From Botryllus schlosseri (taxonomy: Eukaryota), in NCBI GenBank assembly GCA_051294905.1, contig CM119372.1:23934001-23994000 (forward strand): a stretch of DNA of 60,000 nucleotides. The letters run 5' to 3'. Below are positions 49,201 to 60,000 of this stretch, piece after piece; the first letter of the stretch is position 1, and each line of letters begins with the position of its first letter. The notes beneath the pieces were generated by a model, which was not told the origin of the DNA, ran no database searches, and was given only the letters and a program-made list of their open reading frames with translations. Made by a program: the position numbers and the translations under genes.

Positions 49201-51925
49201 GTGCGTAATTTTACCGAAAAATGGTCTAAAAATCAAAAATTTGCTTGTAACTTTTTTTCTGTTTATTTTGAAGACGAAGTTCTGTGGAAGTGAGATAGAA
49301 ACTTGTTGCTTCCGCATCTTTTAAGCCCAAAACCAGCTTTCTAGCAAAAGCGGTAATCAATATATAGCAAAATTTGCTATTTTTGGCTCGTTCGTTGCAA
49401 TTGCACGACCACTAAAGGGTGCACGAGCCCAAAATTATTATAGAAATTATTTTTTTTTAATTTGGCACCATATATCAAGTGTCCGTTTTGAAATTCAAAA
49501 TTTTCCATTTTTCACTCCACCCTAGAGCCACAGTGTCTCAACTTCAGAGCATGACAAGCTTATGCACCAACAGGCCAGCAAATTTCAGATGGAACATTGA
49601 CGTGTTGATCTCACCAACTTGTTTCGCTTCAACAGCAGCAGAATATTCTCTGCTAAACGCAATGTCTGTGATAGCGACGTCATCCAAGATGAGATGGAAG
49701 TCTTTGGCTCTCTCTGTCAATTCTCTTTTGATCAATAAAGAGACCTGAAAAACTTGATTTGTAAACAACATCTAACTACAACAATGAGAAGGTACAGACC
49801 TGTGCACGTTGAGTAATTAGTTGTGATGCATTGAACTTCGCAACAACGCTTTTCAAGATTTCATTTGTAATCGATGGCAGAACCTTGAAAATAGATGTGA
49901 GTTCAAACCATAGTTAGGAGCTCCTGTTCTAAGAATTTGGAAGTGCTGATCATTTGCTATTTATACCAGGGTAGAGCCAATTGAGGACACTACCAGATTA
50001 GCATACGGTATATCTCGTGAATTTCTCGAGTCTTGTTAAAATAATGAACATCAGGAATCAAAATTCATCTCAGATCGTACTCTCAACAAAAGTTGGTCGA
50101 CATTTTTGCAACGCAATCACATAACCTACCAAGGCCAGGATGAGGCGCAATATCCAATGGCTGGGTAATATTGGACAGCATAAAACAGCAACAATGTTAA
50201 GATTGCATCGCACAATAGGCTAGGCGACAATAATTTCAACATAAAGTCAAGAAACACCATTAGACTGGAAAAGTGCTGTAGCGGTCAAGATGTCATCTTC
50301 CGAAATTCACGAGTGCAAGCCTACACAAGATATACATGACATCCATCACAATTCACAAGTACTACCCACAATCAAATGATTGAAAATGTATAGTAGGTGA
50401 ATCTGATGCAGGTTTTGCAAACAAGTGGTCAAACTATTCCAATATCTTCTTTCACAAGAAGATCATACAGAAATCATCGTCAACGAGGGATTCGCAAGTG
50501 AACAGTGACAGTTGAAAAGCCACTTCACCTTTTCGTCATAATCCGGGCCGATAGTTTGTGTGATGAGTGGGAGCTTGCTGGCGATCGGACGGGTCAGGAC
50601 TCGAAGCCCCATATTTACCATCTGCAAGTCTTTGCTACCTGTATATATCACAGTTGATTCGACAGATGCAAATGGACGATAACGGAAAATATGATATTTC
50701 GACCTGTGGGGGATTGAATCCTGGACGGTCTGGAGCGAATATCATAGATGATGGGATAATGAAACCACGGAATCCTGAAACACACATTGACAAAATGACG
50801 CTCATTTCATGGCATTTCGTATTCAGATTTCTGCGGTCATCGTTTACCTCATATGCTTGCATCGGACACTTCATATTACATCCAGCTTAGATTGCTGAAA
50901 AGTATACCTATCTAAATTTTTGTACAAAATGTGGGAGGTTGCCTTCATTAGACCATCCAAAGAGCAGTATAAGAGAGCGTCGTTTCGTTGAAAAATGTTA
51001 CGGAAAATTTTAAAGGCTAAAAATATTTTCTCATTTAGATCATACATACTGGAACATTAGTTCATCCTAATCAATGTTCATCATACAATTTTCAATTGCG
51101 TTAGTTGGAAAATAGTTTCACAATCTATCAGATTTCTGTACCTGAAATGCAATCCTTCTGCATATATTTTGTCTTGGACTCCACCCAGTCTACTAAAAAT
51201 CACACTGCGATGTCCACCTTCCACTGAATATACCGACTCCTGTAAAGACATCAAAGAACATCACCGACTGTACGTTATACATACATATTATGGCCATTCT
51301 GAGATCATATTCGACGTAGTTCCAATCAAAAGCATCTTTCATACCGTACCGATCGACAAATTTATATCAGTATGGTCAAGAGCTCGGACCACTTTTCACC
51401 TTAGGAGTGAATTTTTTGCGTCTTGACCATAATGGAATCAGTATCAAAGCCACTTCAAATTAAAACCAGTTTGCAAAAAGTCAGAAGGTGGCCCTGTAAA
51501 CTGATTGTCACTGTTCCATACATAATACCGTACCCCATGTCAAATTGACAAACAACAACAAAGGAATTATAGCATAGCAGTAGGCAATATATACACAGGG
51601 CCGTTGCAGGCCCGTATCATGTATGGTTAGAGCAAGGAGTCTGGGGAAGTGTCAATTTCATTGATAGATTCTCTCACTAATAACTATAACTCGAGGTCTT
51701 GAAATGTTTGGATAAGACAAGGCCCACCTAAATCTAGGTCACCAATAATTCAATTCACGTAGCGAGAGACATGACAATATATATATACGATGAGAAAGCG
51801 TCGAAATCTTAACTGACCTTGATTCCATACGCAATACCGATTCCAGCAAGAATGACACCAACACCACCTCCCACAGGTCGCATATTCTTCGCCATGCGCT
51901 TAGCCGCGTCTTGCATTCCCGCCAT
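46293..51925 (-). CDS. PHB2: Prohibitin-2, 10 coding exons, 294 aa
   Basis: Exons are 51925-51818, 51239-51142, 50774-50704, 50638-50529, 49883-49800, 49744-49615, 47699-47596, 47159-47082, 46482-46415 and 46326-46293. All phases are consistent (885 nt). The translation includes [97 protein letters not shown] and [16 protein letters not shown], which is PHB2 rather than PHB1. The last exon is less certain. Confidence 0.96.
47160..47595 (-). other. U12-type (minor spliceosome) AT-AC intron, PHB2 intron 7 (436 nt)
   Basis: 5' splice site ATATCCTTT follows directly after codon ATG. Branch site TCCTTGAT (47183-47176), 3' end ...TTGACAC. The flanking exons join in frame as [13 protein letters not shown]. 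Confidence 0.95.
47231..47535 (-). ncRNA. Composite box C/D-H/ACA scaRNA, U85/U89 (SCARNA10/SCARNA12)-like, predicted U5 snRNA Cm45/Psi46 guide
   Basis: Box C GTGATGA (47530-47524), box D CTGA (47238-47235), terminal stem TTGTCG/TGGCAA. The D guide GAAATATTTAGTAA is complementary to U5 loop I. A long stem (TTGCCGTC/GGCGGCAA, TCGAAAAC/GTTTTCGA) encloses two H/ACA hairpins. The first has pocket AAACTT/GTAAAG; the second (CCTTCTCGT/ACGAGAAGG) is followed by ACA. Confidence 0.88.
48245..49524 (+). mobile_element. Internally deleted hATm-like DNA transposon with transposase relic, in PHB2 intron 6
   Basis: ~100-bp TIRs starting TAGGGTGGAGTGAAAAATG. 9-bp TSD GAGCCACAG (48236-48244, 49525-49533). 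Degenerate coding ...KIPIIN..Y...QPP...[18 protein letters not shown] / [17 protein letters not shown]. Confidence 0.88.
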
Positions 51926-52423
51926 GGCGTATGTAGTAATGAAAGAATGCTAATTGTCAGACGTATCGACCCCGTTCACTGTAAACGCGGATCCTAACTT
52001 AGCTCCTTGTAGGTGACGCTGCAACTGCAAGTCTCCTTGACCAAAACGTATTCGGGCGTCACGTCATTCACGTGTGTAACCACAGATATTATAAGTTATT
52101 GCCTTTTCACGCGTGACTGGCGAATTCGATTTACAAATGCAGCACCACTGGTGGCTCGGATCAAGACCGTATAAAAGGTCCGGGGTTGATAATATAATTT
52201 ACGGCTACAAATATGCGAATTTACTTTTTATATCAACATAAGGAATTGCAGTAGGTCAATTGGGTATTTTCCGGAACAACGAATACTAGTCAGCCCTCCA
52301 CTTTACTGGATCACGACCTGACATATCGATCTCGCCTACCGTCACATGTCACCTCGTTTTGTTCCTAGTCCTTTCATATGAACTTCTTTTACTTTTCATT
52401 CAGTGGGAAACTGTGCATGTCGC

Positions 52424-52903
52424 CTCTTTACATTGAATCAGAAGCGCACAAGTACAACACACGCGCGTCCACGTCGTCCAAATATCATATGATCGACCGA
52501 AAAGATCATCGCTCCATCAAATATGCCGGACCTGATGTGTGGAACAGTATCCTGCCGGCCATCCGACAGTCGACGAGCATGTCCACATTCAAGTCGAAAT
52601 ACAAGCAATTACTACTAAATAAATACAGTCCATCCTCAAGATTACCGGACCACGACTGACCTATCGATCTCGCTTCCCATGACATGCCGCCCTATTTCTT
52701 GTCGCATTCTTTTTCTATACTATCTTCTTTACTTTCATTCAGTGTGCATGCCTCCTCTTTACATCGCCTAGGCCAAGGTGGGTGTCAGATTCCATAGACT
52801 ACTCCTTGTCGCTTCGACATCTTCCTGTCTTTTCATTGTATCGCATTTTTTGTGGTGTATATTGAACTGATAAAATTGCTAATAAACCAATGATGATAAT
52901 GAT
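52424..52903 (+). mobile_element. L2/CR1-clade LINE 3' end with (GAT)n tail, inserted into an older relative's 3' UTR
   Basis: ESEAHKYNTRASTSSKYHMIDRKDHRSIKYAGPDVWNSI..., then 3' UTR, AATAAA and ATGATGATAATGAT. Confidence 0.88.
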
Positions 52904-52942
52904 GCCTAGGCCGAGGTGGGTGTCTGATCTCGTAACATTTTT

Positions 52943-53123
52943 TACAGCCAGACTGTTTAGAGTCAAGTGTGCCTGTTTGATGCTGGTGTGATCAGACTAG
53001 ATGACCTTCACGGTCTTATCGATCATTCCTATCTAATACCGAATACTGCGCATGCATATTTTCTGTACCACCACCACTGCCGTGTGTTATGTATTTTGGT
53101 TTGATGAGAATAAAGACTCTCTC

Positions 53124-53196
<73 letters not shown>

Positions 53197-53198
53197 CT
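52943..53198 (+). mobile_element. Short retroelement 3' end with (TC)n(AC)n microsatellite tail
   Basis: Homologous to 37606-37792. AATAAA followed by (TC)n and (AC)n at 53117-53198. Confidence 0.75.
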
Positions 53199-56100
53199 CA
53201 AAGACTACTCCAAGCCGTTTCGGCACCTTTCTATCTTTTCATTGTATCACAGTCTTGCGGAGTTCTGAAATGATGAACTGAACTGAGCAAATGTTTATAA
53301 CGTATTCTTAAAAGTATTTTTGGTCGTTGGCGGAAACTGTCATACACCAAGTAGATTAGAGTAGGTTGATAGGCCAATTCCAAGTTTCAATTAGGGCGAA
53401 CGCACAGTAGTTGGTTGAACAGTACTGTACTTTGTGCGATAAAAAATGACTCAAGTCATGTACAATGACTCGAGTACAAGTCGAGTCAATACACAAAGTG
53501 ACTTGATTGTAGTCATTTTTCATTTAGGAAATAACTCGGGCCAAGTCAAGTCACGGTGAGTCATTACAGCCCGGCAATAGTTTATAATTTTGAATGTAGC
53601 CAACTCAGATTACCTATACAAAGGGTTGCCATCAGGGCCGTAACAGCACCACGTCAGCCCCCCCCCAAACGTTGATCTCGGGGCCCCCATATGGTGATAA
53701 ACGAACTTCTGGGGGGCTTCGCCCCCAGACTCCCTCAGACTGCTCGGTGTTTACCCCTACTTATCTGCTACATTGGGTGGCCCTTTGGAGAGACAGCTTT
53801 TATAGCCTGCACGCGATATGCGCAGGAAATTTCTATAATTCGTTACTGAATCCGGGAATTTGATGGGGAATTGCATATGCATTGCCATCAATTTTTATCC
53901 TCTCTCCACACACGTAATCTGATTTACCGGTAGAGCTGAGTGCGGTGTGTTTGAAAGGGTAGGACCCCTCAATAATAATTAAACATCTCCGGGTGTATAG
54001 AGTATAGACTACCCGCTGCCAGGAACGAAACAGCACTTCGTCAGCCCCCCCCCCCCCAAAAAAAAAAAAAAAACAACAACAACTGAGTCTTGGGCTCCCA
54101 GAGGGTGATAAACTGCCCCCCCCCCCTCCCCCATTACGTAGTTCGCCTTTGTCACGAAATTATAGCTGTACTGTTAAGTGAGCCAGCGCTAGGCGCGAAA
54201 AATTTTCGTAATAAAACCGGTCAATAAGATCGGGAATTGCATATATATTGCTATCAATTTCCTGTACTCTCTGCTCACCTAATCAGATTTACCGGTAGAG
54301 CTGAGTGAGGTGTCGTTGAAACTGTAGAGCCCGTAAATAATAATTGAACATCTTCGGGCGGGCGACCCGTTGGTATATGACTTCGTTAAATGATATTATT
54401 TCGTGAGCTGCTGTCTGCTATATCACAAAATATAGAATCGCTTAAACGTACTAAACTGAAGGATCACACGATTTCAGATTGGCGTATTTCTTCGCTGGCA
54501 TATAATTTTGTTCTGCGGGGTGGTATTTGTCTGGTGAGGTTTAGATTGCCAAGACAGGAACATTCGGCACATTCGGAACACACGTATTAAATGCTCTTTC
54601 TGCTTCCACAAAATGGGCTGAATTATAGTAAGCAATGCTGAATAAGTGAATATATAGTAAACAGCGCTTCCTTCTTGCCCATTCTTCTGTTTAGGTGTCC
54701 AGTACTGGAAGGACGAGTAGCTGATACCGGAATTGGGGCCGACATGATAGCTCGCTCTAATTCATCCATGAGAAATTCACATGATCAGGCCCGCAGCCAG
54801 CCGAAAAATAAGGGGGGTGTTTTAAATAAAACGAGGTGGTTTCGATTTTTTTTCGAATTTAGTATCAGCGGAAATCAATTACGCTTGCACGCACGAACAT
54901 GTTTCCGGAATGCGAACATTCGATGTCATTCAGTTTCGCAATGTCACTCATTAATCACAATCGCTGATCATAATAATCTCAGCGGTATATTGTCTCCAAG
55001 CCACCAAGTGATAGGAGCCAACGCATGCCAGGCCCGAGACTATGGTTACGCCAGCGATGATATCGTTCGTACCATGCCTATTGCGGATGCAATTGTGTAG
55101 GCCAGCGATAATATCGAGAGCACCAAGCCAATGCAGATGCGATTATGTAGGCCAGTGATTGTATAATGTCCACAGAGCCTATTGCAGATGTGATTCTGCC
55201 AGCGGAACTATAGGCTTGTTGAAGACTCGAAAAATCAGGCCAGCAACGATAGCCGAGTTCGCGGCAATCAATGACGTAATTTGGTGATCTTCTCAGCGGG
55301 AGATTGCGTCGCGTTACACAGTGCATTGACGTATCCCGCTAATTGGCGACACGCTTCTCGCTAATTGGCCGCGTGAAACACTGATAATACGACTTATTGA
55401 AGTTTCCTAAAAGTTTAAAACACATTATCAACGATACTATTTTATCCGGTTAACCGGCAGATTTATATCCGGATATCGGATAATAAAAAAACCTGCGGTT
55501 AACCGGTTAACCGTTATCTGGATAATATAATCCAACCCTAGTGTCGACGTTATTAACCAATCTTGATTATCACGCGGCTTCACCGTGACGTTTCTTCTGC
55601 CTAGCTTGGCCAGGTTCGTGAGCACTTGAGCGTGGAGTGATTGTGATGTCATAAGTCATGGGATGTTGTTTACCGCTGCGCACTTACTTTGAATTATATT
55701 CCGTCCATACCGGCGAATTGTATTTTCGAGGTTATACTATAGCGTTGGAAGGGAATATGAATGAAGTTCTTCGTTGAGATAAGTTGAGCAAGAGATATTT
55801 CGGGCTATTATTGAATTTGTTTACATGCTTGCTTAGATGTGTATTGATGGTCAAATACTGTTTCGAATAGCAGCTCAGTCACATTAACTGCCTGTTTGCG
55901 TTAGGCTTTTAAAATAGGACTTGATATAAATAAATGCTTATAGTCTTCCGTGGCCTGAAATGTCAGATTGGCGGCAGTGAACACTGAACAGCGTATTACT
56001 TGTCAAGTTATTAGTGCTCTGACCGTAATGCGTACTACCGGTCCATTGATATTTTAATGCTAAACCGCGGAAGAGTGTCAGTAACCCTCACCGGATCTTT

Positions 56101-57565
56101 GCGTGTTGTGGTTATGGCCTTGACACCATTTGTTAGTGCATTCATTGTTGTATGATCAACCCAACTAGTTTCTCTGTCTGCAATATCTGTGGCTGAATTT
56201 ACAATCACGGATGTTTGTTACAACGGTTGGCATTTCAACTGTTCGCCAAATACTATATCTTGTAATAATTTCTTATTAAAATTTGTGTTATTCATTTCAT
56301 TTAATCTACGAGATATTTTGTTGCTATATTTAGCCTTTATTTTACGATGGAGACTGAAGCCATGAAGTGATTACGATATGCCCAAATATCAGTATAAGTC
56401 TGATGGTGAATTGAAAAGAATGCAGCGTTGGCGAAAGCAGCAGCTCATAAAATATCGTCCTCTGAGCATTGGTTCAACCTGCAGCGACAATGGCCGTGAT
56501 AAGCCGATTATCACTGCTAAAGATATCTGGCTGACGGTAGATCGCACGAATATAAGGCCAGTGGAATTACCCATCTATCAGAGACTACGCCAAGCCTAAA
56601 CTTGGGAGAAAATAATTTACAATTGGCCTCTGAATGAAGTAGCGTGCCACACAGTGAGTAGGCTGCTGATGGTAGTTCCGCGTTGCGTGATCCTATTCTT
56701 CCCGCCAAGGCACAGACTTGTTTGATAAACCAGATTTTGTCTGTATTTCAATTCAAGAGCAGGAATAGTTGTATCAAACTTGTCCCGGAAAGAAGATCTC
56801 TGTATCTCGACTGAAATCAATATGTCGTTTTATGCATTTATATGTCTGTCTGTCTGTATTTGACCAGTGTTTTGTATGAATATACTCGTGGTGGATTTAT
56901 TATAACTAAAACTATAATTAAAACGTATCGTCAAATTGTGATGTCTTACAACATAAGGGTCAGTAGTATGCCAGAAAGCAACAGTGATTCAGGTAGCGAT
57001 AGTGCTAATAGCGGTTGTACGCTACAGTAGCGAGAGGGTTATTGGACGGCAACAACGGGTTAATGAGTCTGCGGCAGAAGTGCGAAAATTGTTTCTTTTG
57101 AAGCATCATTTTGACATCGAATGCGCATGATACGCCGGTCGATCGCTTCCCTTTTTGTTGACTGGGTATATGGACAATTAAATCTATATGTATTTTGCAT
57201 ATATAGCGAAGTTTTCCGTCAGGATAAGGGCAGCCCTTTACGGCCAAGGTATTCTCGCTGCCGATCGTTCTGGCACACTTCTTGGAGTCGCATGTTACAT
57301 GGCCTAAAACTTTATATGTCTTGGTGCGTCGTAGCGCGGTAATGGCCAAAGCCGAAATGCCCATTTCTATAAATCTTACGTATTTTTTCTTGGGGTAAAA
57401 GTACCCAATAATTAAGACACTGGCGAATTGAAATCGCGCCAGGCGCGAAAAGTTTTTGAAAAAGTTGCATAAATTTTCACAAAATACTCCATAATTTATG
57501 CTAATTTACGAAATAATTTTGGGCCCCCTTTGAACTCGCCTCCCCCCCCCCTCGGCAGTTACGGC

Positions 57566-58920
57566 CCTGGTTGCCATCGACATGGGCCAAAAATAAGGAC
57601 AGTCTGAAAATTAGATTAGCATTGAAAAGCGTTTTGGAGATACTCTGTATTTATGCGAGCCGTGGAATATCACATTCCATACTTTTCGCAAGAAACAACC
57701 TGCTTCAGCAACTCCTTGTTATTAGAGAGTGCTTCATGGATATCACGACAGCTCAGGTCTAGGTTTACCTTTACTCAGGGCCGAAACATCCCTTCGTCAG
57801 CCCCAACCCACCCCCACAAAAAAGCGTTGGTCTGGGGCCTCCCATAGGGTGATAATCCAAACTTTTTCACTTCGTTCTGATTAGACGCGCCAACCAAGAT
57901 GGGAAAAGGCGCTACACCAAGTTTAGACAAAATCATCATTTTTTGAGCGTATGGAGCAACAACTCGACTAACAGTGATTGTAGTCTTGGTCTTGGCCGAA
58001 GGAAACTTCTTTGCGATGTTGGAATAGGGGAATATTCCTTTGAACAATTGCGATGTGCAATCGTTGATGAGGAATGATTGCTGGTATTTGACATAATGGA
58101 ATGCCCGGTACCATCGGCGGCATCTGCCTTGTGGTTGTTGGTGCTGACCGACTTTTGAAAAAATTATTCATCGACTTTATCATTATAACATAATTCTTGT
58201 GTTTTAGGGTATCAATGTGAGTTGAAATAGCGGTCTTTCCTATGGCCTCTACGTTAATGTCACAATCGCAAATCAAATAGTGCAATGTGCGAAACACTCG
58301 CCCTTCAAGCTTCCTTTGATACCTTTGAGTTCTCTTTTATAATCGTCACGAAAAACGATTTTACGCCTGCTCATTTTAGCTAATCAGATGTAGTTTTATT
58401 AGTAGCTAAAACCATAAGTGCAATATAATTTAGATAAATTTATCAATTATTTATAGCTTTACTACTTTTTAACCCAAATGTCGACTGCACTGCGCCCTTT
58501 TTCAGTTACGCAATAAACGCTGCCTTCCCGACAACTTATATTCTGCTGTAGACTGAACAGCAAAAACCTGGTGTTGCTGTTTACTGCTAAAATGACTTCC
58601 GCCGCGATTGCTTGAAACAGCCGAAACTGCTATACCACTCACTGCCGCCCTAGATAACTGACCACTTGGAAGTCAAATCTTGTGGTGTGTATTTTATGAT
58701 GTCATAAAATCTCGACACAGAAGCATAATTCTAAATTATTATCCAACATAGACACCAGAGGAAAACGATCGAAGTTCTGTAGTTGCTTAAAATAAGACAA
58801 AATGAGGACGCAAGTCGAAAAGAAGGACATTTCTTAGAAATAAGGACAGTTGAGTTTTCTAAGATGCGGCCCTTAAAAATAAGGACAAATCTTAGAAATA
58901 AGGACGGTATGGCAACCCTG
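57566..58920 (-). mobile_element. Degenerate hAT (Blackjack/Tip100-like) transposon with BED-finger/transposase relic
   Basis: Termini ..GGTTGCCAT / ATGGCAACCCTG with AAATAAGGAC subterminal repeats. Minus-strand fragments read GKTAISTHIDTLKHK and IFPYSNIAKKFPSAKTKT...VVAPYA...PFPILVGASN, with frameshifts. Confidence 0.75.
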
Positions 58921-59076
58921 CCTATACATAACTAAAACCTACCGTAGTTTAGTTATCTATAGATGACCGGAGCTGGTATTACCTGCTCTAAGACTCTCCA
59001 ATCTCCATATAGCATTTGATTGTTTGATTAGGCCTACTATGCTATTTCTACTTGACTACCAAGGATGAGTAATTTG

Positions 59077-60000
59077 CAGAGGTGGTCAGTAACGATGTAC
59101 TTTTACTTTTTAGAAGTACTCAAGTAGTTTTCGTCAACTTCTGGTACTTACTCAAGTAGATCTGATTTCCTCTACTTCTACTTCGTAATATTTTGTGATC
59201 TACTTACTTACTTTTCGCTATTTTCAGTTTTTCAAGTAGAAGTAGTTTGATCCCCCAATACGAAAGATAGCCTGAGGAATTTCGGGGCTGTTTTCACGGA
59301 GTACTAACATTTAACATTCATAAAAGTCAAGTAAAGCCCAGAAATTTTTTTGCGCTTCGCGCACAGTAGTTATGGAGTGACAAATATGTTTTCACGAAAG
59401 TTTATCAGTCAATATTATTTAGGTACCAGATTATTGCTTGATTCCGCTCACACCGCATTGTCGCCCATAACAAATATTTCATCACAGTAAATATGGCCCA
59501 CCGTAAGATTTGCAACTACCGTTTCGCAATTTAGCAATTACCTATCATATCGTAATCTAGCAGCCCATGACGTGTCATGCTAATCTGGAAAATCCTGCTT
59601 TTTTAACGTAACCCGTGTTTTAGCAGATCACCTTTGAAACTTTATGGACAAAAGACATGAAATATATTTTCCGCTGTTTAGAAGTGGTATTTATATTTTA
59701 CTTTCAATTCCGAGTATCATACTTTGAGTTCTAATTACTTCCAGTTCTTTTGTCTGCAGAACATACATGTTGAAGCATAAAAGCAAGTGTAGTAATGCCT
59801 CTACTTTCCGAAAATAAAGCTACACTGAATATAAACATTACGATCCACAATATTTGTTAACAACGTATACTAATCGCACAAACCGTATCCGATATAACTT
59901 CTCCGTATTGGTCTTCGCCTAAACTTGGGGCGCTATAAAATGGGGTATGGCGCCAAGCCATTATATTCTCTAAAACGGCGTCTTCTAGTAAACAGAGGGT
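59077..60000 (-). mobile_element. AGTAGA-repeat hAT family copy, runs off the window
   Basis: CAGAGGTGGTCAGTAACG TIR. Reverse-complement match to ~29340-30271. Confidence 0.88.

Noticed and set aside
51930..52400. Head-to-head EMG1 gene, as next to vertebrate PHB2
   Set aside because: No EMG1-like exon is recognisable upstream. The region is filled with LINE and MITE fragments.
56378..57160. ORF MPKYQYKSDGELKR... resembling the N-terminus of a hAT/ZMYM-like transposase
   Set aside because: Too degenerate to support by eye and no matching TIRs were located.

Overview
Eukaryotic, AT-rich, very transposon-dense genomic DNA from an invertebrate animal. An ascidian/tunicate is plausible from the 55-88 nt introns and the intronless clan-3 P450, but that is inference. 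Two host genes can be read. (1) An otherwise intronless CYP3-clan cytochrome P450 (+ strand, 25816-28445) is cut in two by a 1125-bp hAT-type element with an 8-bp TSD; removing the element restores a perfect 498-aa ORF. (2) A complete 10-exon prohibitin-2 gene (- strand, 51925-46293). Its intron 7 is a minor-spliceosome (U12-type) AT-AC intron. That intron contains a ~305-nt composite box C/D-H/ACA scaRNA of the U85/U89 type, with guide sequences complementary to U5 snRNA loop I. The rest is a mosaic of nested non-autonomous hAT/MITE elements (many with exact TIRs and TSDs), hAT transposase relics, L2/CR1-clade LINE fragments, a 21/24-bp minisatellite in inverted arrays, a 619-bp foldback palindrome, and tRNA- and 5S-derived fragments. 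Most ORFs in the supplied track are spurious.
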